Of a stretch of 64,000 nucleotides of DNA, positions 37,201 through 46,328 are shown piece by piece. The number at the start of each line of letters is the position of its first letter. The first letter of the stretch is position 1. The notes beneath the pieces are model-generated. The model made no database searches. It worked only from the letters and a program-made list of their open reading frames with translations, and was not told the origin of the DNA. Origin of the DNA: Desulfovibrionaceae bacterium (lineage in GTDB: Bacteria; Desulfobacterota; Desulfovibrionia; Desulfovibrionales; Desulfovibrionaceae). The stretch covers positions 9,972 to 73,971 of the forward strand of contig JAFGBU010000005.1 of assembly GCA_016932995.1 (NCBI GenBank). The letters are read 5' to 3'. Both the position numbers and the translations under genes were made by a program.

Positions 37201-38946
37201 CTAACCGCTCTTGTCCACGACGCCGCCCCTGCCGCCGGGATGCGGCTCGCCCGGCTCGGGCAGGTCGTCGTACAGGTCCAGCAGACGGCTCCCCTTCTCC
37301 AGCTCCAGCTCGGTCGCCGGGCCCGGCCTGCCCAGGGCCGGGTCGTCCACCGAGGCCTCCTCGACCAGCCGGCTCTCCGGGCCGGCGGCCAAAAGCTCCC
37401 CCGCGGCCCGCTCCCAGTCCTTGAACAGGCCCTTGCCGGGAGCGGAAAGCAGGTCGCGGACCCGGTCCGGGTCCCGGCCCAGGGCGAAATAGAACCTGTC
37501 GTGATCAAACCACAGCAGCCTGTCCCGGCCGGTCTCCTCAAGGCCCAGCCAGTTGAGCTCCGCGAGCCTGGAGTCCACGGGCCCGCGCCAGTCCTCGGCC
37601 AGGCCCGGGCTGAGCAGGTCCTGGTTCCTGAGCATGAACAGGCGCAGGTCGTTGTAGGCCGCGGCCACGCCGCCCACGCCCTGCTCCAGGCGCTCGAGGG
37701 CCCCGGTGACCCTGAGCGGCAGGGTCTGGCCGAAGCTGTCCTCAAGCCCCAGGCGCACCCGGCCTTGGTCCTCGGAAAATATCCCGGGCGCGCGGACCTC
37801 GTCTGTGCCGTTCACGGTCATCCGCGCGTCCGAGCCCGGATAGGCGGTGCAATCCAGGCCGAGTGCGGACAGGACCTCGTCCGAGGCCGCGTCCGAGCCG
37901 CCCAGGCTGAGGCGCTCCCCGACCTTCGGGGCCTCGGCCTCGATGGCCAGGGCCAGGCCGTCCATCTTGAGGTACAAATCGTCGCCCACCAGGTCCGAGG
38001 GCCGGCTGACCGTGACCAGCCTGGAGGAGAACGAGTCCTGGGCCGAGTCCAGGGCCTGGCCCAGCTTGGTCAGCACGTCGCGCCAGGTGTCGGCCGCCTC
38101 GACAACGAACCGGACCGTGCCGCTGTCCGCGCCCATGGCGAAGTCCACCCCGTAGGTCCCGGCCGCAAGGCCGGTCGCCTCGTTGGGATCAAAGCCCTTG
38201 GAGCTGAACGCGGTGGGCCTGGCAATCATCACCCCCTTGAGGTCGTAGACCGCCTCCTCGGCCGGTCCGACCGGGGCCCGGGTCGCCTCGAGGTCCAGGG
38301 CCTTGACCAGGTGGCCGCTGCTGTCCCTGAGCTTGAGCTCCCGGTCGGCGTAGGCCTGGTTCACAGTGAGCGCCAGGGCCGAGCCCGTGGCCAGCAGCCC
38401 GTCCACGCGCTGGCCCGGGCTGTCCTGGCGGACGACCTCGGCCTGGACCTTGAGCTTGCTGTCGTTGATCCCGTCGGCCACGGCCTGCAAGAGGTCGCCG
38501 TTGGTCCAGTCGGAGCCGACCTCGAGGCTCAGGGTCTCGGAGTCCGCGCCCAGAGAGACCTTGAATTCGTAGTCCCCGGGGTCCAGGGAGAGCGGCTGCG
38601 AGGCCTCGAAGCCCCTGGAAAAATAGCGGTAATAGCGGGAGACGTCGGCGGCCTCGGGCAGCTCGGCCCGGACCTTGCGCTCCAGGCCCGGGTCCTTGAC
38701 CGCCAGCCTGGCCCTGGCCATGGAAAGACCGGTGTCCGGCCACCTGAACCCGGCCAGCCTGGCGTCCAGGGCCCTGACCCTGTTCTCCAGCTCCAGGGCC
38801 AGGGACGGGGCGAGCCTGGCGTAGCGGGCGGCCCGGTCCGCGTCCTTGAAGCGCTCGGACCAGGCCGAGCCGGTCCAGACGCCGGTCGTCCTCCGGTCTT
38901 GGGCCGCGGCCGCGGCCTGGTCAGGGCCCCACTTGATCACGGTCAA
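37201..38946 (-). CDS. Hypothetical protein with FliD-like (flagellar cap-like) internal repeats
   Basis: About 581 aa from TTG 38946, preceded by a GGGGAGA SD (alternative GTG 38940). Two modules share Gx-Y...[SA][LM]GADSxT[LV]...V...W.D[LV]L...[IL][ND]. Upstream of 38946 the frame overlaps truA and reads as shadow sequence. Confidence 0.4.
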   Translation of the reverse strand: MTVIKWGPDQAAAAAQDRRTTGVWTGSAWSERFKDADRAARYARLAPSLALELENRVRALDARLAGFRWPDTGLSMARARLAVKDPGLERKVRAELPEAADVSRYYRYFSRGFEASQPLSLDPGDYEFKVSLGADSETLSLEVGSDWTNGDLLQAVADGINDSKLKVQAEVVRQDSPGQRVDGLLATGSALALTVNQAYADRELKLRDSSGHLVKALDLEATRAPVGPAEEAVYDLKGVMIARPTAFSSKGFDPNEATGLAAGTYGVDFAMGADSGTVRFVVEAADTWRDVLTKLGQALDSAQDSFSSRLVTVSRPSDLVGDDLYLKMDGLALAIEAEAPKVGERLSLGGSDAASDEVLSALGLDCTAYPGSDARMTVNGTDEVRAPGIFSEDQGRVRLGLEDSFGQTLPLRVTGALERLEQGVGGVAAAYNDLRLFMLRNQDLLSPGLAEDWRGPVDSRLAELNWLGLEETGRDRLLWFDHDRFYFALGRDPDRVRDLLSAPGKGLFKDWERAAGELLAAGPESRLVEEASVDDPALGRPGPATELELEKGSRLLDLYDDLPEPGEPHPGGRGGVVDKSG

Positions 38947-39697
38947 GAGCTGTCTCCCCGTAGTCCACGCGCTCCAGGCACAGGCCCCTGGCCGGGGCCG
39001 TGCCCGGGGCCAGGGTCCTGTCCTTCTCGTCCAATAGCGATCGGACTGAATCCGGGGGGACTTTACCCTTGCCGCAGGCCACCAGGCAGCCGACGATGTT
39101 CCTGGCCATCTGCTTGAGAAACCCGTCGGCCGTGATCCGCCAGACCACCTCGGGCCCGAACCAGCCGGGCGAGCGGGACAGGTCCATGACCGTGCGCACC
39201 GTGCTCCGGACCTCGGTGCCCGCGTTCTGAAAGGCCTTGAAGTCGCGGCGGCCCGGGAAATGGGCCGCGGCCGCGTCCATGGCCGCCAGGTCCAGGGGGC
39301 CGCAGGCCCAGACATAGCCCCTGCGCTGGGGGTAGACGTACTCGGGCTCGGTCCACAGGGTGTAGGAGTAGGTCTTGGAGCGGGCGTCGAACCGGGCGTG
39401 GAAGTCCGGGCCGACCGGCCCGGCCGAGACCACGCTCAGGTCCCTGGGCAGCAGCCCGTTCAGGGCCCGGGCCCAGGGGATGTGCGCCAGGCTGGCGGGC
39501 ACGTCCAGGTGCGCGACCTGGCCCAGGGCGTGGACCCCGCTGTCGGTGCGGCCCGCGCCGTGGACCCTGACCGCCCGGCCCGTGATCCTGGACGCGGCGC
39601 GCTCCAGCTCGTCCTGGACCGTGCGCGCGCCCTTCTGATACTGCCAGCCGCAAAAACCAGCGCCGTCATAGGCCAGGACCAGCTTGAGCCTGACCAC
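38921..39697 (-). CDS. truA: tRNA pseudouridine(38-40) synthase
   Basis: 258 aa. GWQ.Q motif and the catalytic GAGRTDSGVHA. Confidence 0.9.
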   Translation of the reverse strand: MVRLKLVLAYDGAGFCGWQYQKGARTVQDELERAASRITGRAVRVHGAGRTDSGVHALGQVAHLDVPASLAHIPWARALNGLLPRDLSVVSAGPVGPDFHARFDARSKTYSYTLWTEPEYVYPQRRGYVWACGPLDLAAMDAAAAHFPGRRDFKAFQNAGTEVRSTVRTVMDLSRSPGWFGPEVVWRITADGFLKQMARNIVGCLVACGKGKVPPDSVRSLLDEKDRTLAPGTAPARGLCLERVDYGETALDRDQVGP

Positions 39698-39701
39698 GGA
39701 G

Positions 39702-40355
39702 TCATTCCCCGAGGGGTATCTGGAGCTTGGTCAGGTCCTCGGAGAGCTTGGCCGCCTTCTTGGTCTCGACAAAGGTGAGTATCTCGCCCGCCTGCCGGCC
39801 GCGCATGCCCGACAGGATTTTGACGGCCAGGTCCTCGTCCATGGTCTCCAGGACCGCGGCCGCCTGCTTGGCCTTCATGTTGGAGTAAAAGTCCACGAGC
39901 TGCTTTATCTTCTTGTCCTTGAGCGCGTCGGCCTGGTCGAGCATCTTGGCGATGCGCTTCTCAAGGACCTCCAGCTCGGCCAGCTTGGCCTCGATGCCCC
40001 TTTGGAGCTGCATCAGGGCCCGCTCCTTGGCCGCGAGCTCGTCCTGCTTGCGCTTGAGTATCTTCCAGTCGGCCGCGTCCACGCCCTCGGGCGGCTGCGG
40101 CTCCTGGACCTGGGCCTCCTGGCCGGGCTGCTCGGTCTCCACGGGCTCTGCGGCCTGGGCCTGGCCCGCGACCACGGGCAGGGCCGCCGAGACCGGCCCG
40201 CTCTCCGGGCCCCAGAAACCGGCCGAGCCGACCAGGACCAGCTTGATAAGGCCCAGGGCGAGCAGACAGAGGAGGACCCTAGATATCCTTAGTCCCGTGA
40301 CGCAGCGTTGCCATCTCGTCGGACTCTTTCTGTTCCTGGAGGCGTTGCTCTTCAT
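39702..40355 (-). CDS. MotE/YlxF-like flagellar-associated protein (MgtE_N-like domain)
   Basis: 217 aa. N-terminal TM helix, Pro/Glu/Gln-rich linker, coiled coil, and C-terminal AAVLETMDEDLAVKILSGM. Sits directly after the fliJ-like gene, as ylxF does in Bacillus. Confidence 0.5.
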   Translation of the reverse strand: MKSNASRNRKSPTRWQRCVTGLRISRVLLCLLALGLIKLVLVGSAGFWGPESGPVSAALPVVAGQAQAAEPVETEQPGQEAQVQEPQPPEGVDAADWKILKRKQDELAAKERALMQLQRGIEAKLAELEVLEKRIAKMLDQADALKDKKIKQLVDFYSNMKAKQAAAVLETMDEDLAVKILSGMRGRQAGEILTFVETKKAAKLSEDLTKLQIPLGE

Positions 40356-40737
40356 GATGTTTGCGGGCCTGCTTGTCCTTGAGTTTGTCCAAAAGCTCCC
40401 GGTCCCTGGACCGGGACACGGCTTCCCGGCGGCATTTTTGCAATTTCAAGGCCAACCTGTCCAGCCGCGCCCGGGCCCTGGCCAGGTCCTGCTCCAGGGC
40501 CTCCCGGTACCGGCGCCAAAGCCAGATGTCGTCCGGGGTCGGATCGGCCCGGCTCTGGTCGGACCGGACCGGGCCGGTCTCCAGATGGGCGTTCAGCCTG
40601 TCCGCCAGGTCCAGGACCCTGGCCTCCTGGTCCGCGTGCGCGGCTATGGCCTGGGCCAGGGCCAGCTTGGCCTGCTCCTCAAGCTGCTCCCTGTAGGCCA
40701 GGACCTTCTGCATCCTGAACTTGAACGGCCCGGGCAT
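40279..40737 (-). CDS. fliJ: Flagellar export chaperone FliJ-like protein
   Basis: 152 aa from ATG 40737. All-helical. The N-terminus FKFRMQKVLAYREQLEEQAKLALAQA matches the FliJ pattern. Confidence 0.55.
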   Translation of the reverse strand: MPGPFKFRMQKVLAYREQLEEQAKLALAQAIAAHADQEARVLDLADRLNAHLETGPVRSDQSRADPTPDDIWLWRRYREALEQDLARARARLDRLALKLQKCRREAVSRSRDRELLDKLKDKQARKHHEEQRLQEQKESDEMATLRHGTKDI

Positions 40738-40777
40738 GATCCGCTCCCCGACACGTCCGCCGCGCGCGGCAAACGGC

Positions 40778-40954
40778 TCAGTCGCGCACGGGCCCGCCGG
40801 CCAGGCCGCAATAGCCCTTGTCCGTCGGCCCGGTCTTCTCCAAATCAAGCCAGCGCCACATCATGCACATGGCCCCCTGGCAGAACCTCAGCTTGTCCTG
40901 GCCGGTCTTGAGCAGCGGGCAGTACTTGAACTTGGCCTCGTTCTCGGAAAGCAT
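40778..40954 (-). CDS. Small Cys-containing hypothetical protein (58 aa)
   Basis: ATG 40954 preceded by CCAAGGAGGCAGGC. Five Cys residues (YCPLL...FCQGAMCMMW...GYCG). 40 nt upstream of the fliJ-like gene. Confidence 0.45.
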   Translation of the reverse strand: MLSENEAKFKYCPLLKTGQDKLRFCQGAMCMMWRWLDLEKTGPTDKGYCGLAGGPVRD

Positions 40955-41063
40955 GGCCTGCCTCCTTGGGCCTCGGGTTCGGCGGACGCTCCCGGCCGCA
41001 TGGGCCGCGCAAAGGCGCCGCAACGGCCGCCATCCTAAGTGTTGGCCCGGCCTTTGGCAAGGA

Positions 41064-42236
41064 TCAGGCCCCCTCCGGCCGGCCGGGGTCCAAGAGGTCC
41101 CCGCGGACCACGGCCCTGGTCCCGAAGCGTTGCCTGACCGCGTCCACGGCCCGGTCCAGCCGCCCCCGCCTGAGGGCCGGGCCGGGCCCCAGCAGGCCGA
41201 GCCGGCACTCGGCCGGGCCCAGCTTGGACACGCCAAGCCCGACCAGCCTGACCGGGTCCCTGATCTGCAGGCCGTCGAGCAGGGACAGCGCGGCCCCGAA
41301 GATGCCCGCGGTGTCGCACACCGCTTCGGCCAGGGTCCGGCTGCGGGTGAGCTGCCTGAAGTCCGAGAACTTGACCTTGAGGGTCACGGTGCGGCCGGCC
41401 AGGCCGCAAGAGCGCAGGTCCGCTCCGACCCGCTCGGCCTGGCGCAGAAGCCAGAGCCGCAGCTCGTCCCGGTCCCGGGTGTCGCGCTCAAAGGTGTTCT
41501 CGGCGCTCACGGACCTGGCCGGCCTGGACGGCTCGACCCCCGAGCGGTCCACGCCCCTGGCCCGCTCATGGAGCCACTGGCCGCGCTCGCCCAGATGGTC
41601 CCGCCAAAAGGACTCGGGATGGCCCAGGACGTCCCCGGCCAGCCTGACGCCCAGGGCCTTCAGTCTTTCCAGGGTCCGGCCGCCCACCCCGGGAATCCTG
41701 TCCACGGGCAGCCGGGCCAGGAAGCCCCGGACCTCCTCGGGCCGGATCACGGTCAGCCCGTCGGGCTTGTCCAGGTCCGAGGCGATCTTGGCCAGGAAGC
41801 GGACCGGGGCCGCGCCCACGGAGCAGGTCAGGCCCGAGACCTCGCGGACCCGGGCCTTGATCTTTGCGGCCATGTCCCGGGGCGGGCCGAACAGCCGGGA
41901 CAGGCCCGCGGCGTCGAGATAGGCCTCGTCCACCGAGGCCTGCTCCACCAGGGGCGAGAACTCCCTGAGCGCGGCCATGACCAGGCGCGAGACCTCCCGG
42001 TACCTGGACATGCGCAGGGGCACGAACGCCCCGCCCGGGCAAAGCTTCCTGGCCCTGGCCATGGGCATGGCCGAGTGCACCCCGTATGCGCGCATCTCGT
42101 AGGACGCGGCCGAGACCACGCTGCGCGGACCAATCCCGCCCACGGCCACGGGCCGGCCCCTGAGCCCGGGATGGTCCAGCTGCTCCACGGACGCGAAAAA
42201 GGCGTCCATGTCGATGTGCATTATCAGGCGCGGCAT
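41064..42236 (-). CDS. dinB: DNA polymerase IV
   Basis: 390 aa. N-terminal IMHIDMDAFFASVE and Y-family palm/little-finger organisation. Confidence 0.9.
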   Translation of the reverse strand: MPRLIMHIDMDAFFASVEQLDHPGLRGRPVAVGGIGPRSVVSAASYEMRAYGVHSAMPMARARKLCPGGAFVPLRMSRYREVSRLVMAALREFSPLVEQASVDEAYLDAAGLSRLFGPPRDMAAKIKARVREVSGLTCSVGAAPVRFLAKIASDLDKPDGLTVIRPEEVRGFLARLPVDRIPGVGGRTLERLKALGVRLAGDVLGHPESFWRDHLGERGQWLHERARGVDRSGVEPSRPARSVSAENTFERDTRDRDELRLWLLRQAERVGADLRSCGLAGRTVTLKVKFSDFRQLTRSRTLAEAVCDTAGIFGAALSLLDGLQIRDPVRLVGLGVSKLGPAECRLGLLGPGPALRRGRLDRAVDAVRQRFGTRAVVRGDLLDPGRPEGA

Positions 42237-42252
42237 GCCGGGGTCCCGGGGC

Positions 42253-43008
42253 TCAGGCGGCCCCCTTGGCCTTGAGGTGGGCGATGAAGGCCTGGGCCTC
42301 GGCGTGGCCGGAATTGAGTCTCAAACAGGCCTTGAGGTGCTCGGCCGCGGCCTTGCGCTCGCCCTTGTCGAACAGGGCCCGGGCCATGTTGTAATGCAGG
42401 TTCTCGTCGTCCCGGCACAGGTCCAGGGCCTTCTGGTAGTAGGCCACGGCCTCCTCGACCATCCCGGACCTGCGCAGGCTGATGCCGAACTCGTTGAACA
42501 GGTGCTTGTTCTCGTCGCCGAACGCGGCCTCCAGCTTGACCACCCGGTCAAAGACCTCGTGGGCCTTGGCCTTGTCGCCCCTGGCGATGTAGCACAGCCC
42601 GATGCCGAAGTTGGCCCTGACATTGGCCTCGTCGAACTTGAGGGCCTTGCTGTACTCGTACTCCGCGGTGAATGTCTCGCCCCGCTTGCGGAACTTGTCG
42701 CCCCTGGCCAGGGCCTTCTGTATCTCGCGCACCTTGGGCAGGACCTGCTTCTGGTATATCTCGGGCTCGGGCAGGTAGTCGCTGAGCAGCCTCTCCCTGG
42801 ACAGCCTGCTCTTGGGCCCGAAGGGCAGGCCGTCGGCGTTCAGGGCCTGGATCTCTATGCCCCCGTCGTCCAGCTCGACAACGAAGTAGTAGGCCATCTG
42901 CTTGACCCGCCTGGTGGTCGCGCCCGTGCCCACCTTGGCGGTCTTGGTGATCGAAAAAACGCCCTCTATCCTGTCCTTGCTGGAGGACGGGTCTTGTGCT
43001 TCGCTCAT
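42253..43008 (-). CDS. TPR-repeat protein
   Basis: 251 aa. The C-terminal half consists of TPR-like repeats (ANFGIGLCYIARGDKAKA, EEAVAYYQKAL, etc.). Confidence 0.7.
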   Translation of the reverse strand: MSEAQDPSSSKDRIEGVFSITKTAKVGTGATTRRVKQMAYYFVVELDDGGIEIQALNADGLPFGPKSRLSRERLLSDYLPEPEIYQKQVLPKVREIQKALARGDKFRKRGETFTAEYEYSKALKFDEANVRANFGIGLCYIARGDKAKAHEVFDRVVKLEAAFGDENKHLFNEFGISLRRSGMVEEAVAYYQKALDLCRDDENLHYNMARALFDKGERKAAAEHLKACLRLNSGHAEAQAFIAHLKAKGAA

Positions 43009-43147
43009 TTTCTAGAACCCCCCCGGCTTAGGGTCGCCCGGCCCCTCGGGCCGGACAAACGCGCGCTTCGGCCATGGGTCCCGAACCCGGACAAAGCCTA
43101 TATTTTTTGGCCCCGAATGAGAAGCCCCCAGGACAGGCCCGGCGGGC

Positions 43148-43882
43148 CTAGTCGCTGTCCCCGGACATCCAGCGGACCTGGCGGCAGACGCCCATGAGCA
43201 GGTTGAACTCGTTTCGCCTCAGGTCCACGCGGGCCAAGAACCGCCTCACGGGCAGCATCCAGTAGTCCGGGTTGTCCGACCTGAGGAAGTCGATGGCCAG
43301 CAGGGTCTGCCTGAGGCCCTCCATGAGCTCCTCGCTCTCCTCGTGGGTCACCGGCCTCTCCAGGGGCGGGCCCGGGGCGGTGAAGGGCTCGTCCAGGAAG
43401 CGCCTGAAACATTCGTAGAGCACGATCACCACGGCCTGGGCCAGGTTCAGGGACCTGGCCCTGTCCGCCGTGGGAATGGTCACCAGGCCGGTGCAGACCC
43501 TGGTCTGCTCGTTGGTCAGGCCCCGGTCCTCCGGGCCGAACACAAAGGCCACCCGGCCGCCCCGGCCGACCTGGTCCCGGGCCGCGGCCGCGGCCTGATC
43601 CGGGGTCGCGACCCCCTTGCGCCAGCCCCCGGTCCTGGCCGTGGTCCCGAAGACCGCGGAAAACCCGGACAGGGCCGAGGCCAGGTCCTCCACGATCCGG
43701 GCCCGTTCGAGCAGCGGCCCGGCGTGGACCGTGGCCAGAGTCCGGGCCCTGTCCGGATCGAAATCCACCGGGTCCACCAGGAGCAGCTCCGCACAGCCCA
43801 TGTTCAGGCAGGCCCGGGCCACGGACCCGACGTTCTCCGGATACCTGGGCCTGAACAGGACCACGGCCACGTTTTTTAGCAT
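43148..43882 (-). CDS. trmJ: SpoU/TrmH-family RNA 2'-O-methyltransferase (TrmJ-like)
   Basis: 244 aa. N-terminal VVLFRPRYPENVGSVARA and the SPOUT knot motifs (FVFGPEDRGL, SLNLAQAV). Confidence 0.65.
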   Translation of the reverse strand: MLKNVAVVLFRPRYPENVGSVARACLNMGCAELLLVDPVDFDPDRARTLATVHAGPLLERARIVEDLASALSGFSAVFGTTARTGGWRKGVATPDQAAAAARDQVGRGGRVAFVFGPEDRGLTNEQTRVCTGLVTIPTADRARSLNLAQAVVIVLYECFRRFLDEPFTAPGPPLERPVTHEESEELMEGLRQTLLAIDFLRSDNPDYWMLPVRRFLARVDLRRNEFNLLMGVCRQVRWMSGDSD

Positions 43883-44104
43883 CGCGCCCTCCGGCCGGGA
43901 TAATCACATCCCGAACCCGGCCTGTCCAGCCCCGGGCCCAAGGCCTTTTTATAACATACAAAGCCCAAACGCCTTGAATAGTCTAAAAATTTGTGCGAAA
44001 AGATGGGACCTTCAAGAGGGGGGCGCCCATAGTTGCTCCGGCATGTCCCGACCTTGATTTTCGGGGCTTTTTAACGTGGCAATCGTTCAAAGGGAGGTAA
44101 GGTT

Positions 44105-45361
44105 ATGAAACGTCTGCTGACAATGACACTGGCCTGCGCCGTGGGCCTGGCCATGTTGTCGTTCCTAGGCTGCTCGTCCGAGCAAAAGACCGAAAAGGCC
44201 GAAAAGGCCGAAAAAGCGGTCGTTGCCGCCCCTGCCGGCGACACCGTGACCGTGGGCATCATCCTGCCTCTGTCCGGCGGCCAGGCCAAGTTCGGCGAGG
44301 TCGAGAAGAAATCCTTTGACATGGCCCTTGACGAGATCAACACGGCCGGGGGCATAAACGGCAAGAAGCTGGTCTTCATGTACGAGGACGACACCGGCCG
44401 TCCGGACGTGGGCCGCAGCGCGGCTGAAAAGCTCATCAACAAGGACAAGGTGGTCATGCTCGGGGGCGGCTACTCCAGCTCGGTGACCTTCGCCGTGGCC
44501 GGCGTGGCCCAGCAGAACCGCCTGCCGTTCCTGATCAACACCGGCTCGGCCGACAAGATCACCGAACAGGGCTGGGAATACATCTTCCGGCTCAACCCCC
44601 CGGCCAGCGAGTACCCCAAGGCGGTTGAGTCCTTCCTGACCGAGGTGGTCAAGCCCAAGAGCGCGGCCATCCTGTTCGAGAACAGCAACTTCGGGACCTC
44701 AAGCTCCAAGGAGTTCAACGAGACCTGCCAGAGGCTGGGCATCGAGGTCGTGCTCCTGGAGGGCTACGAGCACGGCGGCGTGGACTTCAAGCCCCTGCTG
44801 GTCAAGGTCAAGGAAAAGAACCCGGACATCGTGTACATGGTCTCCTACCTCATGGACGCCTCGCTGCTCATGAAGCAGTCCAAGGAGCTCCAGATAATGC
44901 CCAAGGCCTTTATCGGCGGCGGCGCCGGCTTCACCCTGCCCGAGTTCATCGAGAACACCGGCAGCGCCGGCAACGCCGTGTTCTCGGCCACCCTGTGGTA
45001 CCAGACCCTGCCCTACCCCGGGGCCAAGGAGTACTACGACAAGTTCGTCAAGCTCTATGACGGCCCGACCGAATACCACGGGGCCGAGGCCTATGCCGCG
45101 GCCTTTGTCATCGCCGACACGCTCAAGAGGGCCAAGTCCTTCTCCGCCGAGGACATCCGCCAGGCCCTGGCCGAGACCGACATGACCACCGTGTTCGGAC
45201 CGGTCAAGTTCAAGGCCTACGACACCAAGACCAACCAGAACGACGTCGCCACCTACATGGTCCAGTGGATCGACGGCAACCTCGAACTGGTCTGGCCCGA
45301 AACCCACGCGAGCAAGAAGTACATGTACCCCATCGACTGGGCGGCCATGTGGGGCAAATAG
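44105..45361 (+). CDS. livK: Branched-chain amino acid ABC transporter substrate-binding lipoprotein
   Basis: 418 aa. Lipobox LGC-S. Type-I periplasmic binding fold pattern (VGIILPLSGGQA). Followed by the permease and ATPase genes. Confidence 0.8.
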   Translation: MKRLLTMTLACAVGLAMLSFLGCSSEQKTEKAEKAEKAVVAAPAGDTVTVGIILPLSGGQAKFGEVEKKSFDMALDEINTAGGINGKKLVFMYEDDTGRPDVGRSAAEKLINKDKVVMLGGGYSSSVTFAVAGVAQQNRLPFLINTGSADKITEQGWEYIFRLNPPASEYPKAVESFLTEVVKPKSAAILFENSNFGTSSSKEFNETCQRLGIEVVLLEGYEHGGVDFKPLLVKVKEKNPDIVYMVSYLMDASLLMKQSKELQIMPKAFIGGGAGFTLPEFIENTGSAGNAVFSATLWYQTLPYPGAKEYYDKFVKLYDGPTEYHGAEAYAAAFVIADTLKRAKSFSAEDIRQALAETDMTTVFGPVKFKAYDTKTNQNDVATYMVQWIDGNLELVWPETHASKKYMYPIDWAAMWGK

Positions 45362-45440
45362 CCCGACCTGAACCAAGGGGGGCGGCGCCGGGGCCGCCCC
45401 CCTTTGCATACCCTCTCGAACCGTTGGAGGCTGAGCGCTA

Positions 45441-46316
45441 ATGGACGTCTTCCTTCAAACCCTGGTCTCCGGGGTGCTGATCGGCGGCATCTACGCCCTG
45501 ATCGGCATCGGCATGACGCTGATCATGGGGGTGATGCACATCATCAACCTGGCCCACGGCCAGCTCATGATGGTCGCCATGTACATCACCTTCGTGCTCT
45601 ACCAGTACCTGGGCCTGGACCCCTACGTCTCGCTGTTCATCGCCATGCCCGCCCTGTTCCTGCTCGGCGCGGTCATCCAGAAGCTGTTCCTGAACCCGCT
45701 GCTCAAGGTGGACTCCATCCTGCCCGAAAACCAGGTGCTCATGACCGTGGGCATAGGCATGGTCCTGACCGAGATCGTGCGCATCATCTTCGGCTCGGAC
45801 TACAAGTCCGTGACCACGAGCTACTCCGGCTCGGTCATGTACCTCGGAGACATCGCCTTCAACACGCCCATGGTCGTGGCCTTCGGGATCGCCCTGGCCC
45901 TGACCGCCGGTCTGTTCTACTTCCTGCTCAGGACCGACCTGGGCAAATCCGTGCGCGCCACGGCCCAGAACAAGGAGGCCGCCAGGCTCATGGGCGTCAA
46001 CGCCGAGCGCATCACGGTCCTGACCTTCGGCATCGGCGCGGGACTGGTGGCCGCGGCGGGCACCCTGCTGCTGCCCATCTTCTACCTGTTCCCGGACATC
46101 GGCGGCCACTTCACCCTCAAGGCCTTTGTCATCACCATCCTGGGCGGCCTGGGCAGCACCGTGGGCGCGATATTCGGGGGCGTGGTCCTGGGCATCGCCG
46201 AGTCCTTCGGCGCGACCTACCTGTCCATGGACCTCAAGGACGTGGTCGGCATGGTCATCTTCCTGTTGGTGCTCATCTTCCTGCCCGGCGGGCTCAAGCG
46301 GCTGACAAAGATATAG
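45441..46316 (+). CDS. livH: Branched-chain amino acid ABC transporter permease
   Basis: 291 aa polytopic protein. LivH-type N-terminus (FLQTLVSGVLIGGIYALIGIG). Confidence 0.85.
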   Translation: MDVFLQTLVSGVLIGGIYALIGIGMTLIMGVMHIINLAHGQLMMVAMYITFVLYQYLGLDPYVSLFIAMPALFLLGAVIQKLFLNPLLKVDSILPENQVLMTVGIGMVLTEIVRIIFGSDYKSVTTSYSGSVMYLGDIAFNTPMVVAFGIALALTAGLFYFLLRTDLGKSVRATAQNKEAARLMGVNAERITVLTFGIGAGLVAAAGTLLLPIFYLFPDIGGHFTLKAFVITILGGLGSTVGAIFGGVVLGIAESFGATYLSMDLKDVVGMVIFLLVLIFLPGGLKRLTKI

Positions 46317-46328
46317 AGGGGCGGCAAA

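Noticed and set aside
43883-44104. Sigma54 promoter or leader RNA upstream of the liv-type transporter.
   Set aside because: The TGGCAATCGTTCAAA and GGCGCCCATAGTTGC candidates both fail the GG-N10-GC spacing or lack the GC. No convincing structure was seen.
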